A DNA stretch of 63,298 nt, the filler included, from Neolecta irregularis DAH-3 (lineage: Eukaryota), in NCBI GenBank assembly GCA_001929475.1. It is 4 parts of 4 records of this genome, joined end to end, with 100 filler letters (N's around TTAATTAATTAA, not from the genome) between each part and the next. Parts side by side here need not be neighbours in the genome. Positions count along the whole stretch, not along the records: positions 36,892 to 50,320 come from LXFE01000520.1; positions 50,421 to 63,298 come from LXFE01000522.1; 2 more parts are not named here. One strand, given 5' to 3'. The position numbers and the translations under genes are program-made. Positions 39,511 through 54,300 of the stretch are shown here, in pieces. Under the pieces are notes generated by a model. That model saw only the letters and a program-made list of their open reading frames with translations, had not been told where the DNA came from and made no database searches. Positions within the stretch are counted from its first letter, which is position 1, and each line of letters opens with the position of its first letter.

Positions 39511-40061
39511 TTCGCGTTCCATAGAAACCTGTGTGTGTCGTAGAAGACGAGATTCTGCTCTGTCTGAAGCTTGTAAAGTTGAACTCTATATTGCCTCGAG
39601 CCAAGTCAGTTAGGCCGATGAATACCTTCAAATAATTTCATGTACTGAGTGTACCATTCGCCGAAATCCAAGTTAACGGATGGATTATATTTGACTGGAT
39701 GAGCCTGGAGGAAGAGGGGAAAGAAAGGTTGACAAATCAGTTTGTAGAACTCTATGGGGAAGATAAGTGCTTCAATTTCGACGGGTCGCTTCGGAGGGAG
39801 TTGATCGTTATTTGTCCACTCATTCTGGTGTTTGATAGGCTTCCCAGTAATAAAGATGTCAAGCTGCGATCCAACTGGCTTATATTTTCGCTGCTGAGCA
39901 GCAACACCGGTGCCTCCTCATCCTTGTTCAGATTGTAGTTATATTGTCGGACGCAGATATCAGGGCACACAATGCCAATCCAGAACTCGGGAAATAAAGC
40001 ACAATCTCAAATATGTAGCTCTCAAATTATTCGTTTCTTAAAAGGCTATATCTTTCAGAGT

Positions 40062-41908
<1,847 letters not shown>

Positions 41909-42335
41909 TAATGTTGCGAGTACTGTATAGGTATCAAGGCTTAATTGGCTGATAGAACGGCGAAGGTTGCGAGTTGGGACACAGTAAAACCGTGTAGAAA
42001 TTTGTGGTTGGTCCAAAGATGTCTGAAACATTGGTTCAAAGATGTCTGAAACATAGATCCAAAGAGAATCCATCTATTACACAATCTTTTAGAATCCTAG
42101 GTTAAGAATAGAATACGCAAAAGTCAATGAACGACTCGAACCACAAGTGCAAAAGTGTTCTGCTGCGCAACTTATGATTTCATTCGAAGAAAACTATTGG
42201 AGCTGTACGTTTTTTACAATAAAAGTATGTCATCGATAAGTATCTTTAAAGGAGTTCAATTAAACTGGGTGAAGCGAATCTGGAGGTTATAAAGTTGCCC
42301 GATTTTGTTTTACTACTGGGGCAAATTGTCCAAGT

Positions 42336-43870
42336 ATGCGATTCGCTCTCTTTCTCATTTCTCTTTGTACAGCTGGATTTGTTCATGACTGATCTGTAGC
42401 TTGTCTGTCTCTTGCAACACTACCCAATGATCGATTGCCATCTGAAGGGTCCGGAATAGTCCATCTCGCAATCTTCAAAAGAGTCCCTGATTCGCCTTCT
42501 TTCAACCTCTCGCGTACTGTATGCTCAATCGTCTCGTCGCAAAGGAGATACCTAGGTACTACAAGACGATTGGAAGGCAACAGGGTCGTTAGGAGAGTGG
42601 ATAGAGGGAGTTGGGATGGCAAGTTGAACAGAGTTGGGAATGATGATTCGTGGTAGTCACATTGAGCTGAACTTGTCTTGATGAACAGGGTCGGAAAGAT
42701 GAATATCGGAACACCTTGGCAGGAAGTCGAATTCGAGTTTGATACTATGTCGGCTTCCACAATTATAGAGATCGGAAATGAAGAACTCGGTTCCCTATTT
42801 CGCCATACAGAAAGTTCAAGTTTGTCTCGCACCGAGCAATATGTCTTTCAAAATTCAGAGGGTGTGCTCGGGGATCTTTATGCCCAAAGTTTATGAAACA
42901 GGTGATACAACTTGTCGGATTGCAACAGATATCATGTCTGTTTGGGGTCTACCTATTACAAAGCAATCATTCGGTATATGGCTGGATTGGAGATATTTCA
43001 TTTGATTTTTCAGCACTATGCAAATCATCGCCTACAGATCTCAGCGGAAATCCATATACAGGAGTCTCCGGAGGGTAACTTTCCGTCCATTCCTATCTCT
43101 TTTAATCAAAGACTGATTGGCCTCGCTTTTCCATCAATATCGCAACTCCCTTCCTCACACTCACCATTCTTGGATGTTCTATCGATGGAAAACGTAATGG
43201 CCTCTCCACTCTTTAGTTTTCGAATAAGCCGGTTGGCAGACTCTCATTCTTTGTTTTAATCATTCAGAGACACTATCTTCCCAAGTACGATCACTCTAGG
43301 GGGAGTAAATAATGCTATTATTGGCTCATTTTATTGGACTCCAGTTGTAACCGAGGGTTATTGGCAAGTATTATTCCAAGCGATCCGTCTTGATAAACAA
43401 GCCATACTAAAAGATATGCACGCTATTATCGATGTGCGATATTATTAACCATAAATATTGATTCAACTAGATATCTACCACGGCGATAATTGCACCGCCT
43501 TCCTATGTACGCAAATTCTACGAAATGATCGATGGTGCAAGACCTCTCAATGAAGGACTATGGGTATTGCCATGTAAGTCCTATCCGTCCTTCCTCTAAG
43601 CTTATACGAGGCGACGCAAAGATAGAGCTATCATTCCGCCTTTCAAATCAAGACTTCCCTTTCTCGCAAGAATCCTTCATTCTCGGAGTAGACCAGTCTG
43701 GGATGTGTGTGGGTGCTATTGCTGAAAGTTCGTTGAAAGAGGATGTTTGGATCATCGGAACTTCTTTTCTCAAGAATGTTGTCACTGCCTTTGACGTATC
43801 TTCCTCCTCAATGTGATTACTCATTAGATAGTACGAGAATACAAGAGTTGGGTTTACGTGGTTCATGTGA
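42336..43870 (+). CDS. Secreted pepsin-family (A1) aspartic protease homologue with altered catalytic motifs
   Basis: Signal peptide, MNIGTPWQ..EFDTMS, GLIGLAFPSIS, WTPV..GYWQV, AIID/ISTT, WIIGTSFLKNVVTAFD. Confidence 0.8.
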
Positions 43871-44193
43871 TTTCTTTGTAATTATATCGTCGATTTCATT
43901 AGAATTTACGAATATAGAACTATATTGCAACCTATTAGCAGAAATAAACCGATGAAGTCGATCCCACTAATATTCAATGGATTGTGAGAAACAGCTTCCG
44001 TTCGTGGGGAAAAATTCGACATGCAAAAATCTGAAGTGATGTTTGAACGTGGTACTCAGAGTAGATCCAGAATAAGAATAATCTTTTCTGAAAATCGGGT
44101 GGCTGTTTTTCATGAAAAAAAGAACCTTTCATTCCCAACAGAATTCACAATGGAAGAATGTAGTTGCTTTTTCCTGTTTACATTTCGTTTGGC

Positions 44194-46636
44194 CTAAACC
44201 TCTAAACTTTGAAGTAATTCTACCACATCCGCCCAGCCCTTTGTATCTTCAAATTTATGCTTTCCACGGCCTTTGAGGCTTCGAAGAGTTCTGAAGGGTT
44301 AACGTTTTATTTAATAAAACTTGAAACATACGTCTTGGACTTGTACATCCAGTCTTTACAAACAAGACCCCCCATCCGACCTTCCTTTTCCCCGAGTTCT
44401 CGATATGAATCAATAAGAGATTTCGAAATAGCAACGGCATTTTCCCACGCAACTTGATCACCAGCGACATCAAGTCTTGAAATGCAACACCGGTAGGCTT
44501 TTACTTGGGCATCAAGGGCTTCGGCAAATTTATTCTTTGCGAGATATATTTTTCCAACAATCCTCCACAAACGATCATCGTTCGTGATAACCGGTTGAAC
44601 TTGCTCGATGACGAATTTTGTTGCGTAACGAAATAGAAAGCTGTCATGATCTTCCTCGATCGCAATTGAAACAAGTATATCCAAAACCTCGACATCAATG
44701 CCCGTCTCTCCCTTCTTCAACTCTAATATTCTTTTCAAAGAACGCAGGGCCTCGTTATAATCCTTAATATCCATAGAAATGTACAAGTAGTTCTCCCACA
44801 TGCGCCAGCTGTCCCACTTCTTACTCACAGCATTATTCAGAGCTCGAAAAGCATCAGGCGTTTTGCCGAGTTTAAGTAAGGCAGAAGCAAGATTCGACCA
44901 GGCTTCTGAATCTTCAGAATCAATGCTAACTACTCGAGTAAACGATTCCGCTGCCGCTTTGAATTCTTTAAGCGATAGGTGAAGACATCCCAATGAGTAC
45001 CAAGTCGGTGAATGTAATGGCGCGGCTTTCAGACTTTTTTCATACGCCTCTTTTGCAGCTTCTAGATTGCTTTGAGCAAGCTCGTATTTTGCGAGTGATC
45101 GCTGGGCTCGAGCATATTGATTATGACTTATCTCCCAACTCTTCCGCCAGTGGTCTGGTTCTTGCTCCAAGTCACCCAAAAGACACCACAATTTTGGTGT
45201 CTGCTTTCGTAACAACTCAGATTTGAGGACTTTGATAGCTTTATCTTCGCGACCCATGGCAGCGTAGCATAACGCTTGTTCCTCTCTCATTTCCAAGCGT
45301 TCGAATATTTCCATCGCTGAGGTAACAGCGCCGAGATTTGCGTATCGCGTTGCAAGCTCCTTTTGCAATTCCCAGGATGATGGCATTAACAGATAGCTCA
45401 AAAACTGGAGGCGAGGAAAGACTTCATCATCTTGTGTTGGCGGTAGAAATGATCCAAAGGGGACTAAGGAGTCGACGAGCGCTTGTAATTGCAATACGCT
45501 GCGTTCCGCTGTCCTTGACCGGTGGGCCTCGCACCTTGACCGGAGTATCAAGGCCATTGTGTAGATGGACCAGTTTCCGGAATGGGTCAATACTCGCTCT
45601 GCGAATGGAGCTACTTCTTCTATAGTCAAACCGTCTGCTGGGTTAGTGTTTTTAATGAGTTGAGTTTGTCCGAGCAAGATGCATTTTTGGAGATCATTTA
45701 GCTGATCCTCTTTTTCAGGTTGGGTAAAGGCGATTTTGGAGAGAAGAGTGTCATCCTCAAGCTCAATCTCTTTTGGTGCAGATGACGAAGAGGATGTCTT
45801 TTCGGGAGATCCAGAGGCGTGGACTACTAACTGACTTGTTTCGTTTATCTGAAATTTGGTTCGTTTTCCAAGACGACCGGTTAATTCATAAGAAAAATCT
45901 AGTAAATTGGTCGCTTTATCGAGACACCTTTGAGCTTCGACATTCTTCTGGTAGAAAGCATAGATACAGCTCTTCTCAAGCTCCCATCGGACAGTGATCT
46001 GGAGGTCGTCATATGAGTCTATATCCCGATCTATCTCCGTAATCTTCTCCAGTATTGACATCTGTAAAGACGGTACAAAATCATCTAAAACACGCTGATG
46101 TGCAAAATCGACTCTCAGTCTCCAGATATTGGAATTCGCAACCTGAAGCAACCTCTTTGCAAGATATAGAAGGTAAGGGTGTGGCAATAGACGATACACT
46201 TCCTCGCCGTCTACCGATAAAGATGTTATCACTCGGCCTTTAGTATCTTCATCCCGTTGCTTCTCCGGCAATAAGTTCCATGTGTCAAAGGGAATATGGG
46301 GACCCGTATAAGCAGATTGTATGAAAAGGTTCAAACAAGTGATACCGAGCGCTAGGCATTCGTTGAGCTTACTCGTTGATATTGAAGAATCGAGGAATTC
46401 CGGAAATGAGACATTTTGCCTTTCGGTACCGAGTAGATTCTTGAATCGGAGAGATAAAAGGGTGTCTAGTGTATAGTAGGACTTGTCTGTCGGAGAGTCA
46501 AAGGTAGATAGAAAATCTGACTGAGTCATCAGAGCGTAGTGCAATCTAGCTTTGCGATTTGAAGGAGCCAAATGAGATTCATCTGCAACAAAAATTTCAG
46601 ATTTTTCCAATAACAGGTTCTACTTTGAAAAAACAT
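44194..46636 (-). CDS. EMW1: TPR protein Emw1/TTC27
   Basis: LTGRLGKRTKFQ, NWSIYTMALILRSRCE..RTAERSVLQLQAL, TPR repeats, WRMWENY. Confidence 0.9.
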
Positions 46637-47019
46637 CCATATTACTATCTCTATTTTTCTAGTGTTAAAGAATATATATCATTACCTTCACTGAAAATGA
46701 TACTCAAGAGTTGCAGACAATGTTTCTGGAATCATGATAATAAGTGCGAATGCTGAGATAAGACTGCCGCGCGGATCCTAAATAGCTATATAAGTGGTAT
46801 CCTGGACACAGACAATCGAATGGACATCGGTGCGATATAGCGGTGAATGATAATGTGTTGGTTCATATGTCAGGCACTAACACTAGACTGATAGATTCCA
46901 TCCAGAACCATTGCCGTACAATGTGTTTCGCTGATATCGAATAATTTGCGCAGTGTCAGTTTTGAGGGCGGTTATTTCTTAGGTGTTGCTTTCAAACTTC
47001 AAAATCAGTCACTTTGGAA

Positions 47020-47738
47020 ATGCCTGAAACTCATGCTCGAGATCGGTCACCACCACGTCATCCGAGAGGTTTTGATAAGGACCGAAGAAGATCGCGGTCG
47101 CCCGAACGTTCCAGTCGTCGGGAAAGATCACTGGGTACTGATGGACAAGGCGGTGATGAAGAGCTAAAGAGGTCGCGATCGCGTTCCAAAACTCCTGAAA
47201 AACCGAATTTTGGGTTGTCCGGGAAGCTTGCCGCCGAGACGAATACTGTGAATGGAGTTGTATTGCTTTATAATGAACCGGTGGAAGCAAGGAAGCCGAG
47301 GCATGGATGGAGACTACACGTTTTCAAAGACGATGACCAGATTGGTATTTCTTGGTGTCTTGTATAATATGACTGATCCTCTAGATGTAATAGAAATTCA
47401 TAGTCGGAGTGCCTACTTATTTGGACGAGAACGTCTGGTTTGTGATGTGCCAGTAGACCATCCCAGCTGTTCAAAGCAACATTCAGTAATACAGTTTCGA
47501 GAAGTACAAAAGAAGAATGACGTGGGGAATATAAAGAAATTAGTTTTGTAAGGATCAGCTAATTGCATCAAGTTGATTGTCTAGGCCGTACATTATTGAT
47601 CTTGGAAGTACGAATGGAACAATAGTCAATGGAGATAAAATACCTGCCCAGAGATACTACGAGCTTCGGGAGCGGGATCTGATAAAATTCGGGACGTCGA
47701 CAAGAGATTATATTCTTCTGCGGAATGATACAACCTGA
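47020..47738 (+). CDS. PML1: FHA-domain RES-complex splicing factor (Pml1/SNIP1)
   Basis: RS-rich N-terminus, KPNFGLSGKLAAETN, YNEPVEARKP, YLFGRE..HPSCSKQHSVIQFR, IDLGSTNGT. Confidence 0.92.
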
Positions 47739-47848
47739 ATTAAAAAAGAATATGCCAGAGTATCATAACTGACATCAACAATAACAAACATTATGAGAAC
47801 CAAATATGAAAACCATTACAATGCAATGACAAGTCTTGAGAACCTTTT

Positions 47849-49274
47849 CTAAACCGCGACATCCGTCCTGTAGCCAATCTCAAAGCTCTTTCCATCTTGA
47901 TTGAATCCAGCGTAAACTGTCTTCAGGAAAGCAGCACCAAGAATATAATAATTGGCACCACCGTTACTTTGAACCGTTCCAGTACACCATTTTCCATCAT
48001 TAGAGAAGGGCGAGAAGAACATTTGCGATTGACTCAAGGAAAAGTACTGACCTCCGATAAAAAACTTGAGGATTCGTAAAGGCCCATTTGTGTTTTTGCA
48101 GGGATACGTCCATGCTCCGCTACCCTGCATCTTTCCTCCAAGAGCTGCGTAAATGACTTGACATTGTGAATTATCCAGTAAGATCAAAGTCGTTCCGGTA
48201 TCAACTATCGTAGGCTTTGAATTCATTTTAATTGTCTTGCTGGCAATTGAAAAACTCGGAACGTTAATCTGCCACCATGTTTCTGCTGTTAGAGGTACAG
48301 TGTACATCTTTTTATTTTTCACGACAGATAAATCGTATCCGCCAAAAGACCATTTGCCGCCTGGCTGATCTGCTGCGCCATTAGGATAAACCGACGAAGT
48401 GACAAGTTGAACGCCGAATTTAGAAGCGGAGATGGCACCGGAGGCTCGTAGATTGTCAATCAGAGTATTCTCACCTGTTTCAATTAGTGCTTCGTCAGAA
48501 ACAAAGGAATACCATGGCCCAAAGATTTGAATCCAAGACCGACAATCGAATCAAAATCAGGATTTTGATTAATAGATGTTACGAGGCCGAATTTCTGAGT
48601 AACTCGCCCAATATTGATGACATCGGTAGCATACTGATAATTGACATTGGTTCCATCTCCATAAGATGTCGAAGCAGTTTGCGAAACCCGTCGATATGAA
48701 GAGGATTTTTGGGGGTTATAGATGTTATGATTGGCGGCTACACAATTCGAACACAAAGTGCTTTGAATCCAAAGGGTTGCCGACCCCGTGTCGAAAAGAC
48801 CATTAAATTGCGGCTCATTCTGTCCCATAGTGAACTTGGATAGGAACTAACGTTTGAGAAAATTGAAAGTGTTATAATTTCATACCATCGAATTCCATAG
48901 GTGATTGACAATTGTTAAAGGTAGTAAAGAACGTTTCTCCAGAGATTCCCGCTTTTGTTCGTAAGTTTGGCGTCGTTGCAGCGCATGGCTCAAGTCTTGG
49001 GTTATATTCGCGGTGTAGTTTTTATTTATAATAATGGGGAGCTCCAAAATTCCATCACCACGTTTGCTATTAACGGTCAAACAACGCTCGTTTGAAGAGG
49101 CCTACACAAATCCAAATGGACCTGTCTCGCCAGAAGTAGCAGTGGATGTACTAGGTTCCCTGTTTAGCATTAGAACAAAATACCAGTTGCGAGGACATAC
49201 TGAACAGCTGATGCCAGGCTTTGTTCGACTGCAAGAGAGGTGATTATAATGAAAAGTGATCGAGCAAGTTTCAT
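47849..49274 (-). CDS. Secreted pepsin-family aspartic protease
   Basis: Signal peptide MKLARSLFIIITSLA; intact LFDTGSA and IVDTGTT; YILGAAFLKTVY. Confidence 0.92.
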
Positions 49275-50320
49275 TGCGAAAAGAATAATGATTTAAAATT
49301 GAACGAGCCAACTGAGCTGTCCATCGACGGTATTTAAAAGATCGACAAGCCCGTGAACCCGTCATTGTGCTATATCCAAACACTGCGATGAAGAAGCGGG
49401 ATATTTCCGCTTGCGGGTGTGGCAATCAGCTCAAAAATACCAGCCACCGCCATTTTCCCTAATGCAGAGTGCTATTCCTCCGCCAAGCGTTCTCCTTCCG
49501 GTAGAGGCTGGTTAATCATGGAGCAATGGTCCAACATGGCTGGTTTTGCATTTCCAAAAATCCGACTTTGGATATTCACGGCAACTTTATCCGAACCGAT
49601 CGGCAGTTGATTTTGCCACCCGTCGTGATGTGGAAATTATCCGGAACAGTTAGTGAATGTGGGTGAGAGGGCCGAGGTTGAGAAAGTGGCCCTCAACCTT
49701 TCCCGGATCGAATTAGTAGGCCTCTTAGAAAATTCAATGTCTATTCGGATAGCGATAGTGTTTTCTACAAATCTTTCAAATATGTACTGAGAATCGAATC
49801 AGCCGATGTGTTTAGAGAAAAGCATGATGGCATCAAGGGTCGTTTCCGGGTTATGGATATTCGGACATCGATATTGTATTAACATTACGCAACTCCACCA
49901 GATGCCTTGCCAAGTTCTTTTATTATATTTAGCCATCAATAACTGAAACTGCATTACACCATCGCTGCTGGATTGGCATTTCGATTTTCGCTGCAACAAG
50001 GCAACTTGTCCTCCATAGCAAATCCTCTCTCATCAGAGAGATACTGCTTTTCCTGTCGGCCAATAACGGCAATGAATCCATCACCATGTAACGGATGCCT
50101 TTTGTTCCAATTAGAGAACATCTCAATTCTCACACTTGGTGAAAGATGAAGCTCAACATTGATGAATCTGTTCATCTATGCTGACGAGGAACTAAGGCTG
50201 CGTTCGCCAGCCACACCAAAAAAATATCTCCACTTTCTAAAACAGGGAATATCATACTTGTTGGTGGAAATTAACATTTTGCGAACTTTATTCTTCATAA
50301 ACGCCACTAACCGCGTTCGC

Positions 50321-50420
50321 NNNNNNNNNNNNNNNNNNNNNNNNNNNNNNNNNNNNNNNNNNNNTTAATTAATTAANNNNNNNNNNNNNNNNNNNNNNNN
50401 NNNNNNNNNNNNNNNNNNNN
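50321..50420. other. Assembly gap with TTAATTAATTAA linker
   Basis: N run-linker-N run. Confidence 0.98.
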
Positions 50421-50693
50421 ACAGTCATATGTAATTCCTTGATTTCGTATGTATACAGTCATGTGTAATTAAATTAGATTTCGTATTTATACAGTCATGT
50501 GTAATTCCTTGATTTCGTATGTATAGTCATGTGTAATTCCTTGATTTCGTATGTATAGATGTGTAATTCCTTGATTTCTTGCAAGTCCTCGATTTCGTAT
50601 ATATAATCATGTGTAATTCCTTGATTTCTTGTAAGTCCTCGATTTCGTATGTATAGTCATGTAATTCCTTCATTTCGTACCAAGTCATGTGTA
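50421..50693 (+). repeat. AT-rich minisatellite, about 30-bp unit AGTCATGTGTAATTCCTTGATTTCGTATGTAT
   Basis: About 7-8 degenerate copies running into the gap. Confidence 0.92.
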
Positions 50694-50727
50694 CAAATAT
50701 TCATCGTTCAAATACAACCATCTCCAT

Positions 50728-51783
50728 ATGCCTCCTGCAAAACGAAGAAGAACTCTAGTACCCTTTGTCAGGCAATATACTCTGATCCCTAGAACCCAAC
50801 TCAATCCGCAAACTATCTAGATGTGACACCTAGACGTCGACAAACGGAAGGACACGTTTCGGATGGCTCGGACGATTCAGAAAGATTACCACACTCTAAA
50901 TCACAGTCTAATGTTGGGCTCGTCTGTATACTGCTGACAGTAGATCGCAGGTGCAAGATTACTAGTGCGCTATTCGTTGGCCAAGGAATTCACGCATACA
51001 CCCTTCACTCGAGACCAAGCCAACAGTACAAAAACCAACATCAATACAACTAACTCTCAGCTCTCCTGAAAGAAGTTGGCCTCCAGAGGAGTTTCAAAGC
51101 AGTCAAAGACGAAGCAAATAAAATCATGAAAGATGCCTTTGGAATGGAAATCGTCGAACTCGACCCGAAAGAACGATATTTATCTGCTCCTCAACAAAGA
51201 AAAGGTACCACCTTGTTTGCCAAAAACACTTATTGATTCAATAGTAGCTGCTAACTCGCACTCTCAAAAAACCCCAGGCGGAAAATCAGGCACTGTGAAA
51301 TTCTTTATTGCTAGAAGCATTCTTGCGCAGAGATTCAGGGATGCGGTGATTCCTGTAGACTCTGAAGCCGAAGATCTTGGAAAAATCTTCTTAATTGTAT
51401 CGTTGGTATATCTCAATAAAACCGAGATGCCAGAAGGTTATTATTCGACTTGAAATACAAAGTTGACTCGGATTTAGATATTCTCATTCGATATCTGGAT
51501 AAATTTATGCCAGAAGAAGGCGCCAAATTGTTTTTGAAGAATCGTATGATATCGGGGAAATACCTCGACTATCACAAAGACGTCAATGGAGATTTGATTT
51601 ATCATGTGGGACCTAAAGGAAAGGTATTGATTGATTCATCATGTGGGACCTAAAGGAAAGGCATTGATTGATTCGAAGCAAATGGTAGGATTGATGCATG
51701 AAATATATGGAGCATCTGCACCCGAAGATCTCGCGAAGCGCATCATGGATGCGATGGGCGTTGAAGAGCACATTAATGACTAA
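50728..51783 (+). CDS. NSE3: Smc5/6 complex MAGE-domain subunit Nse3
   Basis: RLLVRYSLAKE..TPFTRD, ANKIMKDAFGMEIVEL, GKIFLIVSLVYLN, YHVGPKG. Confidence 0.78.
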
Positions 51784-51830
51784 TTTATGGATTTGGTGTA
51801 CATTGCCTCATGTTTTATTCTTTAATTCTA

Positions 51831-52360
51831 TCAGATCTTTGTGTGCCAGTTTTCAGTATGGGTAACTTTACATGTGTGACAAGGGCAAATGAAAGCTTCA
51901 ATAGGCCTACCAATACTGGAAGATACTTCTGGATTTCGTTGAATAAACTTGGAAACCCATTTACGTCCAAGGGGAATATTGTCTCCATTCATAACCAAAA
52001 TTCTTGTCGCCATTTCTCTCATACGGGTATGTGAGGGAGGATATCCTTGCATATCTTGTTCAAGTATCCATTGAACAAGAAACTCCTCTTGTGGTGGTGT
52101 CAATCGCTGGTTATTTTGTTGGCTAATTGGACGATTTGTTAGGCCCTGGATTCGCTCGATTAGTGTAGATTGTATGATTCCATATGCGGCCGCTAGGGCT
52201 TTTTGCGAGGTAAATGTTCCCGAATCGAGATCTTCAATAGCTGATTGAATTATTCTTTCACGGATATCCATTTTAAAAGAGCTGGTGGTGGAGAAAAACC
52301 TTTATTCATTATATATATTATATATTTATATGGTGTCGGAATGGGGGGTGTCGGTACGTA
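51831..52360 (-). mobile_element. Truncated pogo/Fot1-like (Tc1-mariner superfamily) DNA transposon
   Basis: HTH-psq and CENP-B-type HTH (ALAAAYGI..STL..R, QRLTPPQEEFLVQWI, LGRKWVSKFIQRNP); no DDE domain; TIR-like end TACGTACCGACACC..CCGACACC. Confidence 0.88.
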
Positions 52361-52565
52361 CGCCGCTGAGCTTATTGTATCCCTCAAACGCATGGCAAGG
52401 CCCAGGCAAAGATATCAAGCTGGAACATTATAATATTTAAGGAATTGAGTATAGTACATAAAGGGAGCGGATAGTCATTCTCGTATCTAAAGCTAGAAAT
52501 AATCTTGAATTATTCCTACAGAGGTCTCACTCACACTTGGGTTACAACTCTCACTCTACCATAAA

Positions 52566-53625
52566 ATGTCTACGCAAATACCGCCTGGTGAAATTGGCTT
52601 TGGTCTCATGGGAATGACTTGGAGACCTACCCAGACTCCAGATGACCAGGCATTCGCAACTATGAAAGCTGCAATTGAACGCGGTGCGACGTTTTGGAAT
52701 TCCGGGGAATTTTACGGACAACCAGAACCTACATTGAATCTTCAACTACTCAGTCGATTCTTTACGAAATATCCAGAATATAAACAAAAGGTCTACTTGT
52801 CCGTAAAAGGGGCCGCAAACCTCGAGACTCTTCAACCTCAAGGGAAACCGCAAGAGGTTCGAAAGAGTGTGGAGAACATCATCAACGTCGTTGGTGGAAA
52901 ATACATTGATATGTTTGAATGTGCTAGAGTTGACAAGAGTGTGCATGTCTAGCCCTTTAGGAAATACTCTTATTCCGCAGTCCTATTGAAGAAACTATCG
53001 GTGAACTCGCCAAATTAGTCAAAGAAGGCAAGATTTCCGCGATATCGCTATCGGAATGTAATGCAGGGACCATTCGACGAGCGAGTAAAGTCCACAAGAT
53101 ATCTGCAGTTGAGATTGAATTCTCTTTATGGAGCACTGAAGCTCGAGATAATGGAGTTCTTGAAGCTTGCAAAGAACTAGATATTCCAGTCGTCGCTTAC
53201 AGGTTTCCTCTTCTTTCTTCTGGCTTGTGCAGGATTTATTTGATAGTCCCCTCGGACGAGGATTTCTCACAGGTAAAATCACAAAGTTTGAAGATATCCC
53301 AGAGGGCGATTTTCGTCGATATATGCCTCGATTCCAACCACAAATGTTTGACCAAAACATTAAACTTGTAGAGAAAATCACGACTTTGGCTCAAAAGAAA
53401 AATTGTACACCAGCTCAATTGGCCCTCGCCTGGATTCTTCATCAAGATCAATGGATAATTCCCATTCCAGGATGTACCACTCCAGAACGATTACATGAGA
53501 ATATGGACTCGTTAAAAATTTCCCTGTCAGAGAACGATATGAAAGAAATTGAAGAAGTTTTGGCTACTTTTCATGTAAAAGGTGAACGATATCCAAATAG
53601 TGCCAAAATACATCTCTGGGGTTGA
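52566..53625 (+). CDS. Aldo-keto reductase (pyridoxal reductase-like)
   Basis: IGFGLMGMTW, FWNSGEFYG, LSVKG, IDMFECARVD, SPLGRGFLTG, TPAQLALAWI, IPIPG. Confidence 0.93.
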
Positions 53626-53647
53626 ATATCTCTAGCCATCCAGCCAG

Positions 53648-53761
53648 CAAAACTTCTTCAATTTCTTTCATATCGTTCTCTGACAGGGAAATTTTTAACG
53701 AGTCCATATTCTCATGTAATCGTTCTGGAGTGGTGCATCCTGGAATGGGAATTATCCATTG
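53648..53761 (-). repeat. Inverted duplication of AKR coding sequence 53449-53562
   Basis: 114-bp reverse-complement match with one mismatch. Confidence 0.95.
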
Positions 53762-54300
53762 CTGTGCTATGCAATATCTCGTTCCCTTTAATGCTTCAGT
53801 GGATTAGATGACCAGGACCTCGCGATACACTAAGCCGTTATTCCTATCCTTTTCACAGTGAAAGTAGCATTGCAAGCCATGCAATAGTAAGGTCAAATAT
53901 ATATCCAGCAAAAGCGCCAGTTAGATCTTTAAATTAAAGATGTTGAATCTACAGTAATGTAGAATTGACATCGTAATAACATCTACAGCTGTTTTCTACA
54001 GCATTGGAAACACTTGATGGTTGACTTGTAGAATCCATGAATTCAGGGCATACTTCATTATAGAACCATTCAAGGAGTCGTACTGCCGTTTAAAATAATA
54101 AAAAGTCATACAATCGAGGGATTGTTCAAGGGTTTGTGTGAATTTCAATTATAATATATGGCTGGACAAGGGCCAACAGAGAAGGTACATTTACAAAAGA
54201 TATGATTATTTTTTGGGTCGAATTCGAGGCACAAGTGGATGTCGTAATGCTGTAGTCATGTATAGTGGTAACCCTCAAAATAAAATTTCCCGACCTTGAC

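Noticed and set aside
46690-46940. Possible C/D-box snoRNA (ATGATA...CTGA)
   Set aside because: Boxes are imperfect and I could not identify a terminal stem or rRNA guide; needs a snoscan or Infernal search
50421-50693. CRISPR-like appearance of ~30-bp repeats
   Set aside because: Units are adjacent without unique spacers, there are no cas genes, and the context is eukaryotic
53622-53807. 61-aa ORF after the AKR gene
   Set aside because: Merely the antisense reading of the inverted duplication
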